A stretch of DNA of 64,000 nt from Candidatus Micrarchaeota archaeon (GTDB lineage Archaea; Micrarchaeota; Micrarchaeia; Norongarragalinales; Norongarragalinaceae). The first letter of the stretch is position 1. Each line of letters starts with the position of its first letter. The notes under the pieces are model-generated. The model was not told the DNA's origin, did no database searches, and saw only the letters and a program-made list of their open reading frames with translations. The position numbers and the translations under genes were made by a program. This document shows positions 8,203 to 16,379 of the stretch, piece by piece. Where the stretch lies: positions 245,852 through 309,851 of the forward strand of contig JACPGT010000002.1 of assembly GCA_016188965.1 (NCBI GenBank), read 5' to 3'.

Positions 8203-8222
8203 GGAGGGGAAGCTCAGCCTGA
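8203..8222 (+). other. tRNA 5'-fragment-like sequence (candidate degenerate attL)
   Basis: GGAGGGGaAGCtcAGCCTGa matches the tRNA-Leu 5' end GGAGGGGtAGCaaAGCCTGg (18631-18650) at 16/20 positions. It lies about 110 nt upstream of the integrase gene. Confidence 0.4.
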
Positions 8223-8331
8223 AAATTCCTGTTGTTGTTCCTAGACGGCGGCCGGCGGTGCAAAACCTCGGCCATTATTCCACTATTCTTGCTTTGCCAG
8301 CCGCGCGTCGATAAGCGAGGTTGGTTAGAAA

Positions 8332-8988
8332 GTGAGTCTTAGAAGCGAGCGACGCAAACGGGAAACAGGGTACACCAAGTCCATGGACGAAGGCGAAGTC
8401 CGCCGCCTTTTGTCCTGGATGCGCCGGAAAAATCGGAAGATCTACCTCGTCTGCCTTTTTCTGGCCCTCGGCCTGCGCGTGGGCGAGGCCGTGCGCCTGA
8501 ACCGCTTCAATATGGATCCGGAGTGCAGGACGGTCACGTACCAGGTCGAAAAGACCGGCAAGATCCACAGCCGCTTGATTCCATCCTGGATGGCCGCCGA
8601 GCTGCGCGACTGGATTCAAGACCTTCCATTGGGCCAGCCGTTTCTGTTTTTCGCCGAGCCGAAAAACCGCCGCTTTGGCCGTGAGCACCTGCACGTGCGC
8701 AGCATCAACGACTATTTTTCTCAAGCCCGCCGCGAGCTCGGCCTAAATCACGTCTACAAAACGCTGCATTTGGCCGACGGCCGCACCCAACGCCTGTACC
8801 GGATCACGCCGCACACGCTGCGTCATTTCGCGGTGGAATCCATTTACGAGGCGCTGGAGTATGATCTGAAAGCTACGGCTGACACCATCGGGCACTTGGA
8901 TCCAGCCACGACGCAGACGCACTACTTGAAGAACAGGCAGTTTCGAGAAAAGGAGGCGTTGCACGTGTTCGACCGACTCAAAATCTGA
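8332..8988 (+). CDS. Tyrosine recombinase/integrase, catalytic domain only (218 aa)
   Basis: GLRVGEAVRL (Arg I), ITPHTLRHFAV (HxxR) and GHLDPATTQTHYL (catalytic Tyr). GTG start with GAGGTTGG upstream; an in-frame stop immediately precedes it, so there is no N-terminal core-binding domain. Confidence 0.8.
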   Translation: MSLRSERRKRETGYTKSMDEGEVRRLLSWMRRKNRKIYLVCLFLALGLRVGEAVRLNRFNMDPECRTVTYQVEKTGKIHSRLIPSWMAAELRDWIQDLPLGQPFLFFAEPKNRRFGREHLHVRSINDYFSQARRELGLNHVYKTLHLADGRTQRLYRITPHTLRHFAVESIYEALEYDLKATADTIGHLDPATTQTHYLKNRQFREKEALHVFDRLKI

Positions 8989-9124
8989 AGGGATTCTATG
9001 CAGAGTAAAGAGTTTTTCAGACAAGTGCGGCGTTGGCTGGCCGTTCTGGATAAAGGACAGTACGAAGTGGTCGACCTGCATTTTTTCAGCAAAGGCAAGC
9101 AGGTATTTCTGCGTGGTCCGGAGG

Positions 9125-9526
9125 CTAAAGCGCGTCGATCTCGTACTCGCGTCCTGGTGCGCCGAGTTTGAGGCGGCGGTCTTCTTTCAGGCCGATGGGT
9201 ATGAGGTTGGCCGGAAAGTCCCAGCGGTTGGCCATTACGGGCGTGACGACGTGTGCGTCTCGGCCGATTGCCGGAATCTCTGCAGCGGATAAGCCCAAGG
9301 AGCGGCGCAGCAAATCCAGGCCGACCTGGGCAGTTAAACCCAAGTCTTCCCGGACCAACGGCTGAATTAAGTCTCGCGCATTGTCGTAGTGCGATCGGTC
9401 AAAAATCAAGTGGTACAATTTGAGTTCGCGTAACTGCACCCATTTGAGCTCCGGTTTTTCACCAAAAGCGGCTTCAAATTGCCGGCGTTCAAACGGCGGC
9501 ACGTCCAACGCAAAAACAAGGTGCAT
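9125..9526 (-). CDS. Hypothetical protein (provirus, last gene of the minus-strand block)
   Basis: 133-aa ORF contiguous with the upstream viral genes; no recognisable motif. Confidence 0.5.
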   Translation of the reverse strand: MHLVFALDVPPFERRQFEAAFGEKPELKWVQLRELKLYHLIFDRSHYDNARDLIQPLVREDLGLTAQVGLDLLRRSLGLSAAEIPAIGRDAHVVTPVMANRWDFPANLIPIGLKEDRRLKLGAPGREYEIDAL

Positions 9527-9529
9527 GGG

Positions 9530-9733
9530 TCAATAGACTCCTTCGTTTTGCAGGAAGCGGTCAGCTGCAAGGGCTACGGCTGCAACGAACGCGGAACCGC
9601 TATCGCCCAGGCCGAGGAATTGGCCGAGGGCGCCGCCGGCAACGAAGGCCAAGAAGCCTTTCGTGAACCGTTTTAGGACGGCATAGCGCGCAGGAGTCAG
9701 CACGTCGTTGACCGCATCCAATAGAACGCCCAT
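9530..9733 (-). CDS. Small Gly/Ala-rich membrane protein (provirus)
   Basis: ATG 9733 preceded by GGTGG; hydrophobic G/A-rich sequence. The ORF track starts at TTG 9739. Confidence 0.5.
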   Translation of the reverse strand: MGVLLDAVNDVLTPARYAVLKRFTKGFLAFVAGGALGQFLGLGDSGSAFVAAVALAADRFLQNEGVY

Positions 9734-9735
9734 GT

Positions 9736-9876
9736 TCAACCACCGACGATTTTTTGCACCAGGGGTCCCAGGACTACGAGGGCCACGGCGCCCATGATGT
9801 AGAGCGCCAGGTCAAGTTTGGTCTCGATTTTGCCGACGCGAACTCGCAAGTCCTGGAATTGTTCGCGCATACTCAT
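9736..9876 (-). CDS. 46-aa protein with a C-terminal TM helix (provirus)
   Basis: Manual translation: MSMREQFQDLRVRVGKIETKLDLALYIMGAVALVVLGPLVQKIVGG*. Its start overlaps the upstream stop. Confidence 0.45.
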   Translation of the reverse strand: MSMREQFQDLRVRVGKIETKLDLALYIMGAVALVVLGPLVQKIVGG

Positions 9877-10025
9877 GCTCCGCCACCTTTGGCCTTTTCC
9901 TGCTGGAGCTTGGCCTTCTCGGCGTCAAGCCTGGCCTGAATTTCGACGACTTTCTGCGTCTCGCCCAATTCCTGCCAGACGATTTTTTGCAAGGCCAAGC
10001 GGGCTACTTTGGGAAGGTCGACCAT
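9873..10025 (-). CDS. 50-aa coiled-coil-like protein (provirus)
   Basis: Manual translation: MVDLPKVARLALQKIVWQELGETQKVVEIQARLDAEKAKLQQEKAKGGGA*. ATGA overlap with the upstream 447-aa gene. Confidence 0.45.
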   Translation of the reverse strand: MVDLPKVARLALQKIVWQELGETQKVVEIQARLDAEKAKLQQEKAKGGGA

Positions 10026-11368
10026 CAGACAAGCACCACCGAGAATTTGGAGAGGGACGCGCCGGCTGCAAGTTGGAAGCGGATGTTGTTGTTGGACGCG
10101 CCGCCCGTCTGGGAAATTGAAAGGTATGTGTCCAACGCGTTGCTGGTGACGTATGAGCCGTTGTTGAACCGGTAGTCGAACGTGGGTGCAGTGCCGGTGT
10201 AGCTGGCTTTAACGAGCATCCCGGTGAACGAAAGGCCGTTCAAGTCGCCCAGGCTGACGATTACGTTGGTTGCGCCGCCTGCGTCCATGTTCGCATACAC
10301 GTCGTAGGTAGCCGCGTCGGACCAGGAGCCGCCGTATGATTCGTAACCGCCTCCGCTGCCGACGTTGTCCAACGCGACGCGGTAGTTGTTGTCGGAGGCC
10401 TCGGTTTCCGCGGTTTTCCACACTGCATGATATGTTCCGGCGGCCAACGTCACCGGTGAAGCAAACTCGAACACGTTTAATGCGCCGTTTACGATGCTTG
10501 CCTGGGCTACGGTTTTAGTCGCGCCGGCGTCGGCAAGGGTGCCGGATGGCAGTCCGCCGGAATCCGTTTCAATTCGCAAAGTTAGGTCTGAAGGCGTACC
10601 GGTCTGGGAAATGACGTATACTCTGAACCGGGTAATTGTGGTTTGGGCGGCCAGGGTGAATTGTTGGGCGATACGACCGTAGGTGCCGGATGAGTTTCCG
10701 ACGCCAGTGTAGGCGTCGTTGGCCACGCCGAAGTTGGTGGTGGCGACGGAGTCGTAGGCTTTGTTGGTGGAGTTGTATTGCGCGGTGGCGCTGGCCAGGG
10801 TGTTTGCGTAGCCGTTGGAGTCGGTGAAGGTGTCGGCTTTTTCGAATTGAGCGGAAAATGGGTTAATCGAGGCGTTGGCCAGCAGCGTCATGATGTCAAT
10901 GTCCTGCGCTGCGTTGATGTCGAGGAGGCGGTTGAGTTCGTTGGTGACTTCGGCGGATAGCAGGGCGCGGCTTAGAAAACCGTTTTGGAATTTTCCGCGT
11001 CCTGTCGCGTCGGCAGTGAACAATGCGGAGGGAAAAAGGTTGAGCGCCAGGAAGTCGTTGGCAAACTTTCCGCGCCCGGTGGCATCGGCGGTGAACATGC
11101 CTGCGGGAATGAGATTTAAGGCCAGGAAGTCGTTGGCAAACTTTCCGCGCCCGGTGGCATCGGCGGTGAACATGCCTGCGGGAATGAGATTTAAGGCCAG
11201 GAAGTCGTTGGCAAACTTTCCGCGTCCTGTCGCGTCGGCGGTGAAAATGCCGTTGGCGATTTTTGCCAACGTGATTCCAAGGTCTTTGACTTGCGCCACG
11301 CCGCCGGCAGTCTGCTCAAGCGTTGAGTTGTCCGGGTTGAATGTGTTGCCGGAGCTGGAAAAGCCCAT
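10025..11368 (-). CDS. Putative virion spike/receptor-binding protein with four 25-aa tandem repeats
   Basis: 447 aa. FTADATGRGKFANDFLALNLIPAGM occurs 4 times near the N-terminus, and the C-terminal half is beta-rich (T/S/G/A/V). Located in the structural module. Confidence 0.5.
   Translation of the reverse strand: MGFSSSGNTFNPDNSTLEQTAGGVAQVKDLGITLAKIANGIFTADATGRGKFANDFLALNLIPAGMFTADATGRGKFANDFLALNLIPAGMFTADATGRGKFANDFLALNLFPSALFTADATGRGKFQNGFLSRALLSAEVTNELNRLLDINAAQDIDIMTLLANASINPFSAQFEKADTFTDSNGYANTLASATAQYNSTNKAYDSVATTNFGVANDAYTGVGNSSGTYGRIAQQFTLAAQTTITRFRVYVISQTGTPSDLTLRIETDSGGLPSGTLADAGATKTVAQASIVNGALNVFEFASPVTLAAGTYHAVWKTAETEASDNNYRVALDNVGSGGGYESYGGSWSDAATYDVYANMDAGGATNVIVSLGDLNGLSFTGMLVKASYTGTAPTFDYRFNNGSYVTSNALDTYLSISQTGGASNNNIRFQLAAGASLSKFSVVLV
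10946..11245. repeat. Tandem 75-bp repeats (4 units, the two central ones nearly identical at nucleotide level) inside the spike-like gene
   Basis: gccaggaagtcgttggcaaactttccgcgcccggtggcatcggcggtgaacatgcctgcgggaatgagatttaag occurs twice consecutively, flanked by diverged copies. Confidence 0.85.
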
Positions 11369-11369
11369 G

Positions 11370-12572
11370 CTATATCAGCCCCACGGCCTTGAGGCCGGCG
11401 CGCAGCACGCCGGTGTCAAAGCCGATGCCGGCAGTGGCCAAATGGTTGATCAAATCGGCGCCGCCCATACCTGACGGAAGCGTCTTGAGGTAGTCCTCTT
11501 GGCGGTTCAGCTGGTTCAGCAGAGACGTGTCAACGACGCCGGATTCGCCGGACTTCAGTCTGCGCACCTGGTCGAACGCGATTGCAACCGGCGTGCGCGG
11601 GAAGGCGCCCAGCGCAAAGCTGCCGTCCAATAGGCGCAGCTGGGTGGTTGGAGCCGTCTGGAATGCAGTTACGGTCTGGCCCGTGCCCAAAAGAGTCGTG
11701 GTCGCCTGGTTTTCTGTAGGTCCTGCTGCAACGACGGCCACCGGCGCGGCAATCTTCGGGATGATTGGCATGATCGAATACATGCGCTCCTGCGTGGTTC
11801 CAATTGGTTCGGCGGTGCCGACTTCCCCGAAAAATCGAGTCACGGCATCCAGGCCGGCGTTGAGGGTGTCTTTGGCCGTCCAGCCAAAGGCCCAGATTAC
11901 CGGCACGCCGGCGCCCAGCTCGACATGGCGGACGAAGATGTCACCTTCGGTCTTGATGCCATCCCTGGCAATCGGTGCGGCTTTAAGCAGCATTTCTCCC
12001 AGGCCGGATTCAAAGCCTGGCGTGAGCCAGCCGCCCAGGACTAAGTAGTTGACCTTGCGGCCAGGCACGCCAAGGCCGCGTGAAATCGTCACCATGCGTG
12101 CAAATTCTGATGCCGACATGGATTCCGCGCTGATTCCGACACTCTTGAGCGCAGATTTGACGCGGGCTGCAGCCGTTTGGCTTCCGGAGTCCGTTCCGGT
12201 GACGATGGATACGGTTCCGGAGGTTTCCGCCGGCGGCTGCTTGTTGGACTCATCCCGCAAGTAGCCCGTTGCAGCATCCCAAGCACCGGCCAAAAGACCC
12301 GTTCCAGGAAGGGCGGCAAAAATGCTGCCTGCAAGCGGTGCGGGAAGCGTCGCGGCAGCCTCAGCGGCGTTGGCCAGAGGCGAAGGCGTCGGCGGCAACA
12401 CTGCCGGAGACCGAGTCGGCGAAGTGGCTGGAGGCATAGCCGCCAGGTTGGGGTTTTCCACGAGCTCGTCCTTGGACGGCTTGCTCGGCTGCGGCGCCTC
12501 CTTCTTTGGCGTCAGCAGCAATGCCAATAGGACCAAGCCGGCGCCGATGAGCACGATGTCGTTCTTTCCCAT
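11370..12572 (-). CDS. Membrane-anchored protein with a Pro-rich linker (provirus structural module)
   Basis: N-terminal TM (IVLIGAGLVLLALLL), then a P/S/T/A-rich stretch, then a globular region; no known motif. Confidence 0.5.
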   Translation of the reverse strand: MGKNDIVLIGAGLVLLALLLTPKKEAPQPSKPSKDELVENPNLAAMPPATSPTRSPAVLPPTPSPLANAAEAAATLPAPLAGSIFAALPGTGLLAGAWDAATGYLRDESNKQPPAETSGTVSIVTGTDSGSQTAAARVKSALKSVGISAESMSASEFARMVTISRGLGVPGRKVNYLVLGGWLTPGFESGLGEMLLKAAPIARDGIKTEGDIFVRHVELGAGVPVIWAFGWTAKDTLNAGLDAVTRFFGEVGTAEPIGTTQERMYSIMPIIPKIAAPVAVVAAGPTENQATTTLLGTGQTVTAFQTAPTTQLRLLDGSFALGAFPRTPVAIAFDQVRRLKSGESGVVDTSLLNQLNRQEDYLKTLPSGMGGADLINHLATAGIGFDTGVLRAGLKAVGLI

Positions 12573-12579
12573 GTTTGGT

Positions 12580-12801
12580 TCACTTGCGCGTCAGGAGCAC
12601 GAATGCAATCAGGCCCGCGCCGATGATCAGCAGGGGGCTGATGTTGAGTTTGGCGTCGCCTACTTGGACTGTGGGCTGCGGCTGCGTGATGGGCTTGACC
12701 ACTTCCTCGCCCACGACGTACGCCGCGCCGGCGATGCTGGCCCAAGTCAGGACCGTAGGGGCAGCGGCAAGAAGTCCTGCGCCTAAAATCGGAAGAACCA
12801 T
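12580..12801 (-). CDS. Small two-TM membrane protein (provirus)
   Basis: 73 aa, hydrophobic G/A/L/V-rich. Confidence 0.5.
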   Translation of the reverse strand: MVLPILGAGLLAAAPTVLTWASIAGAAYVVGEEVVKPITQPQPTVQVGDAKLNISPLLIIGAGLIAFVLLTRK

Positions 12802-12802
12802 G

Positions 12803-13174
12803 TCAGATTACCGCGTCAGCCGGCACCGTGTCGCCGGAAATCATCAACTGGACCGTGCCGCTGGAGGACGCCACCAAGGCAAGCAGCTCGATGGTTTCGT
12901 TCTGATCCAGCACGATCGGCTTTGCCGTTCGGTCGACCGTGAAGGACTGCGACAGCCTCCGGCTGGTGTTAGCCAAGAGGCTGCGGCCCTTGATCTTCAA
13001 GTCGATCTGGCCGGCAACGCTGGACCCCAAAAAATTGGAGTCCGCGTTGAGGCTGATCTCGTAGATCAAGGCTTTCTTGCCCTGGGGCACCGTGAACGTG
13101 TACTGCGAGGTCAAGGCCGTCTGGCTGACGGTAATGATCCCGGAGAGGTCCAGGAAGGGATTGGAGGCCGCCAT
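12803..13174 (-). CDS. Beta-rich 123-aa protein, candidate minor capsid/penton (single jelly-roll size)
   Basis: Position directly downstream of the candidate major capsid gene; S/T/V/I/L-rich composition with no TM. Fold not verifiable here. Confidence 0.35.
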   Translation of the reverse strand: MAASNPFLDLSGIITVSQTALTSQYTFTVPQGKKALIYEISLNADSNFLGSSVAGQIDLKIKGRSLLANTSRRLSQSFTVDRTAKPIVLDQNETIELLALVASSSGTVQLMISGDTVPADAVI

Positions 13175-13187
13175 GATTGCGACCTCC

Positions 13188-14027
13188 TCACTCCATCAGG
13201 ACCAGGAACCAGTTCACCGTGTCGGAGCCGGCGCCGTTGACGTCCAGTTGCGTGACCGGGTTGGGCACGAACGGCGTCAGCGGCAGCTTGAACCGGCCCG
13301 TCTGGTGGCCGCTCACGAAAGTGTCCTGATCCAGGGCGATCATGTCCGCCGGCGTGATGGCCGGAAGCTCGACGGTGCCGTCGCGGGTGAACGTCACGTC
13401 CGTGACGTTGCTTTCCGTGCCGACGGTGAAGCCGACCATGGCCACCTTGCGGTTCTGCGGCAGGTTGGGCCCGAAGCGGTTCGTGCCGGACACGATGCTC
13501 TGCGACAGGCGCGTGTAGCGACGCGTGTACCCCGGATCGTTCGTGGAGTAGATGCCCACGACGGTCAGCGAGACCGTGCCGCCGGTTGCGCCGGAGGCCG
13601 CCATGTCGCTGTACGGCGCAATGGTGACCTGCAGCTTGGCGTCTTGGTCTTTCTGCGAAATTTCCAGGGGGATGAAGTAGCGGCGCGTCTGGTTCGAACC
13701 GGAGGTCGTGGCCACGGACGTGTTGATGCCGTTGGCGCCGAAGACCGTTTCGATGAACGTCAAGTCGCGGCCGCGAATGTTCTGCGCGATCCAGTTGCCT
13801 TGGCGATCTTTCACGTCGATGGACTGAATGGCGTAGTCCAACGTCGCGGCAGTCGTCAGCGTGCCGGTGGTCGACTGCGTCAGGTGCAGGACCAGGCCGA
13901 CCAAGGCGCCGACGTTGGGAATCGTGACTTCGGACTGGGGGGCCGCCGAGGCGCTCATGGAAATGCTGGAGAGTGCCTGGATGGTCTGGCGCTTGAAGCG
14001 CGTCTGGATTTGGACAGCTTGTGCCAT
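13188..14027 (-). CDS. Candidate major capsid protein (279 aa, beta-rich)
   Basis: Largest non-membrane, T/V/S/G-rich ORF in the module containing the packaging ATPase. The size is compatible with small double-jelly-roll MCPs or the large MCP of two-MCP single-jelly-roll viruses. Inference only. Confidence 0.4.
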   Translation of the reverse strand: MAQAVQIQTRFKRQTIQALSSISMSASAAPQSEVTIPNVGALVGLVLHLTQSTTGTLTTAATLDYAIQSIDVKDRQGNWIAQNIRGRDLTFIETVFGANGINTSVATTSGSNQTRRYFIPLEISQKDQDAKLQVTIAPYSDMAASGATGGTVSLTVVGIYSTNDPGYTRRYTRLSQSIVSGTNRFGPNLPQNRKVAMVGFTVGTESNVTDVTFTRDGTVELPAITPADMIALDQDTFVSGHQTGRFKLPLTPFVPNPVTQLDVNGAGSDTVNWFLVLME

Positions 14028-14039
14028 GGCGATTCACCT

Positions 14040-14324
14040 TTAGGCCGAAGCCATGGCCCGCGGAATGAATCCGCCGACCAGGTTGGCGACCATGGGTCCG
14101 AAGGCCACCAAGGCGCCTGCAACGACGGCTCCCTGGCCTGCGACCTTGGCAATGCCATGATCACCCATGAACATGAGCACGGCGGCGCCCACGAGGGCCA
14201 GCGCGATGCCGGCGAGGAAGTAGTCGCCCTTGGTGAAGCCCGCCACTAGCGGGTTGACGATGTTCTGCATGAAGGCGCCGGCAAGGCCGACAGCCACGGA
14301 AGCCATCACGACGGTCAACGACAT
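14040..14324 (-). CDS. Small three-TM Gly/Ala-rich membrane protein (provirus)
   Basis: 94 aa hydrophobic protein; AAGGTGG upstream of the ATG. Confidence 0.55.
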   Translation of the reverse strand: MSLTVVMASVAVGLAGAFMQNIVNPLVAGFTKGDYFLAGIALALVGAAVLMFMGDHGIAKVAGQGAVVAGALVAFGPMVANLVGGFIPRAMASA

Positions 14325-14428
14325 ATTCCAAAACCACCTTGTGAAAATTTTTTCTGCAAGTCGGCAGAACGGCGCCGCTTAAGAGGCGGCAAGAAAAAAG
14401 GCTCTATTGAGCAGTCCGGGAGCGGCTC

Positions 14429-14593
14429 TTAGAAGCGGATTTTGCGGTATTCGTCCACTGCTTTTTTGGTGATGAAGCGCAGGAATTCAGCCAGGGTCAT
14501 GTAGCCGTTGGCGCCGGCGACTTTGCGCAGCTGCCAGACTTTCGGCACGCGCAGCGTGACTTTTTCGTGGTCGACCTCGTTAAATTTTCTCAT
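14429..14593 (-). CDS. 54-aa ribbon-helix-helix-like protein (provirus)
   Basis: MRKFNEVDHEKVTLRVPKVWQLRKVAGANGYMTLAEFLRFITKKAVDEYRKIRF* shows a beta-strand/helix/helix pattern. It is the C-terminal part of ORF 14429..14902 and overlaps the ATPase stop by 14 nt. Confidence 0.45.
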   Translation of the reverse strand: MRKFNEVDHEKVTLRVPKVWQLRKVAGANGYMTLAEFLRFITKKAVDEYRKIRF

Positions 14594-15158
14594 ACAGCTG
14601 CACGCTCCCGTCCTCGAAAAGCAAGAATCGATGGCCATCCAGATGCGGAGCCTGGTCTGCGGCTTTTCCGATGAATTCCCGCAAATAATCCACGTCGGTC
14701 GGCAGGATGGTTTTGAAAACGACGATGTGATGCGCCTGCGCCAAAGGGTTTTTGTCCAGGGCGGCAAGACGCCGGGTAACGCAGAACATGCCGACGTTGC
14801 GGTGCCGGCCCAAGTCGATGAACTGCTTGGTCTGAAAGCCGATTTTTCGAGACGGAATGACTTGGTCGGCTTCATCCACGAATAAAACGCGGTTGCCGGC
14901 ATCGAAGACCTGCTTGACGACGTGCTCGAATTCGTCCTGCGTCCTGGACGAAGGCTGGTAGACGATTTTTTCCTTGACCTGCAGGCTGGGGCGCAGCTGA
15001 TCCGGCGTCCGGACGACGTAGCCGAGGCTGCCGTGCTCGTGCATGTAGTCCCAGAGCACGAAGCGGGGCGTGGCTTTGACGACGGCGCGGAGGAAATGGC
15101 TTTTGCCGGATCCGCGCATGCCGCAGACGACGGTGTTATCGCTTCCCTGAAAACGCAT
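14580..15158 (-). CDS. Genome-packaging-type ATPase (FtsK/HerA superfamily, A32-like size)
   Basis: Walker A GMRGSGKS and Walker B VLFVDEAD; about 192 aa from ATG 15158 (MRFQGSD...). The ORF track extends to 15260. Confidence 0.7.
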   Translation of the reverse strand: MRFQGSDNTVVCGMRGSGKSHFLRAVVKATPRFVLWDYMHEHGSLGYVVRTPDQLRPSLQVKEKIVYQPSSRTQDEFEHVVKQVFDAGNRVLFVDEADQVIPSRKIGFQTKQFIDLGRHRNVGMFCVTRRLAALDKNPLAQAHHIVVFKTILPTDVDYLREFIGKAADQAPHLDGHRFLLFEDGSVQLYEKI

Positions 15159-15429
15159 CCTGCACCTGCCTTTTGGCGTTTTTAAGTTCCTGGTTGACTT
15201 TGGCCGGATCCAGCGCAGACATGTCGAGCGCGGCCACGTTGTTTTGGTGCATCCAGGCATGCAGCGGCTCCAGGACCTTCTGCTCGAAGTGCTCGCGCTT
15301 TTCCATAATCCCGGCCGCTACTCCGGATTCCGAGATCCGGATCAGGCTGCGCATGTGCGGCGGCAGAAAATCCGCGAGCGTCACGATCAAGGCGGCCAGG
15401 TCCTGGCATGCGTCATCCGAAAGCGCCAT
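15136..15429 (-). CDS. Hypothetical protein (provirus)
   Basis: 97-aa ORF, acidic and helical, embedded in the gene chain. Confidence 0.45.
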   Translation of the reverse strand: MALSDDACQDLAALIVTLADFLPPHMRSLIRISESGVAAGIMEKREHFEQKVLEPLHAWMHQNNVAALDMSALDPAKVNQELKNAKRQVQDAFSGKR

Positions 15430-15435
15430 GCCGGA

Positions 15436-15606
15436 TCACCCCAGGGAAAATTCCAAGTCGTCCTTCTGGAGTTTTTCCAGCTGCTCCAAGGCGCTTTTGA
15501 GCTGGGCTTCCAGCTCGGCGTTGCGGCGCTTTAAGTCCTGGTTTTCTCGGACGATTTCTTCAAACCGCTGCAGGTTGCGCTGCTGGGGCGTTGCTTCTTC
15601 CGGCAT
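15436..15606 (-). CDS. 56-aa coiled-coil protein (provirus)
   Basis: Manual translation: MPEEATPQQRNLQRFEEIVRENQDLKRRNAELEAQLKSALEQLEKLQKDDLEFSLG*. AGGTGG lies 6 nt upstream. Confidence 0.45.
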   Translation of the reverse strand: MPEEATPQQRNLQRFEEIVRENQDLKRRNAELEAQLKSALEQLEKLQKDDLEFSLG

Positions 15607-16219
15607 CTTTACCACCTTTGAGTTTTTGCTGCATGAGCGCCATTTTTCCGCCGACGGTTGCAGTGAGGGCGACGACCAGGACGGCCACCTCGTAATGCTC
15701 CTTGAGCAGTTCGGGCAAGTACTTTTCAGCCACGGGCTTTGACGCCTCGCCGAGCGCGTCTTTTTCGCTTTGCGTCAAGTTCCAGGTTGGCTCGCCGGTG
15801 ACGAATGCGGCAGCGCCGAAAATGGACTGCCAGACTGCCCCCAGCGTCTCGGCGCGCATCTGCAGTTGCGGCTGCGGCGTCGGACCTTGAAAGACTCCAG
15901 GAATCACGGTGCCGCCCGTCGGCGCTTGAGGTCCGGCGGTCGATTGGAGGTCTTTTTTCTCCTGGTTTACCTCTATGAGTGCACTGCCAGCTGGGGCAGC
16001 GGAAACGGTCGTTTCTGCCAGTGGTTTTTCAGCAATAGGTGCACCTGGACCGTCAGTTGCTGCTTGACCCATTGCAATTTGGATTTGTTCTTGAGTGGCC
16101 GGTCCGATGTAGCGCCCGCATTTCGGACATCGGTTTTTGGACGGATCACCCACCCAGGCATGCTGGCATTTCTCGAACGGGCAGCGGCGCCCAATCTTAA
16201 ATTTTTTCGGTCTTCCCAT
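15560..16219 (-). CDS. Zn-ribbon protein with a C-terminal TM segment (provirus)
   Basis: CPFEKC...CPKCG near the N-terminus and a hydrophobic stretch (YEVAVLVVALTATVGG) near the C-terminus. ATG 16219 has GGTGG upstream. Confidence 0.5.
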   Translation of the reverse strand: MGRPKKFKIGRRCPFEKCQHAWVGDPSKNRCPKCGRYIGPATQEQIQIAMGQAATDGPGAPIAEKPLAETTVSAAPAGSALIEVNQEKKDLQSTAGPQAPTGGTVIPGVFQGPTPQPQLQMRAETLGAVWQSIFGAAAFVTGEPTWNLTQSEKDALGEASKPVAEKYLPELLKEHYEVAVLVVALTATVGGKMALMQQKLKGGKDAGRSNAPAAQPAAV

Positions 16220-16379
16220 CAGTACCACCTACCTTGATTTTTGGAATTTGCACTGCCAAGCCCGCTGCGTGTAGGGCGGCGGCTTCGTCCTGGACGCCGT
16301 GCACGTGCGGCGTGAAATTGGAGCGCTGCAAGCCGCATTTGGCGCACGGCCACGACTTCTTTTCTTCATCCGGCACCAT
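16197..16379 (-). CDS. 60-aa protein with a CAKC motif (provirus)
   Basis: ORF-track ORF; its start follows 4 nt after the stop of the upstream Zn-ribbon ORF. Confidence 0.4.
   Translation of the reverse strand: MVPDEEKKSWPCAKCGLQRSNFTPHVHGVQDEAAALHAAGLAVQIPKIKVGGTDGKTEKI

Noticed and set aside
8227-8331. An SSV-type partitioned integrase: Int(N) would be the 103-aa ORF running into attR (18329-18640), and Int(C) would be the 218-aa catalytic domain reading inward from attL.
   Set aside because: The layout fits, but joining the ends does not give a continuous frame. The integrase frame has stops at 8242-8244 and 8326-8328, and the frame continuing from GGAGGGG hits TAA before 8332. The 103-aa protein shows no recognisable integrase N-domain features. 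A decayed version remains conceivable but is unsupported.
8999-9175. A small plus-strand ORF (58 aa, MQSKEFFRQVRRWLAVLDKGQYEVVDLHFF...) just after the integrase gene.
   Set aside because: It has no SD or TATA context that I could support, and its 3' third overlaps the convergent 9125..9526 gene. It was left unannotated, although a small excisionase-like gene at this position would not be surprising.
13077-14249. Long antisense or alternative-frame ORFs throughout the window (for example 13077..14249, 3112..3972, 47034..48779, 21324..22208, 38511..39872, 50966..52075).
   Set aside because: They are Arg/Gly/Pro/His-rich shadow ORFs, typical of about 60% GC DNA, lying opposite or out of frame to genes with clear family motifs.
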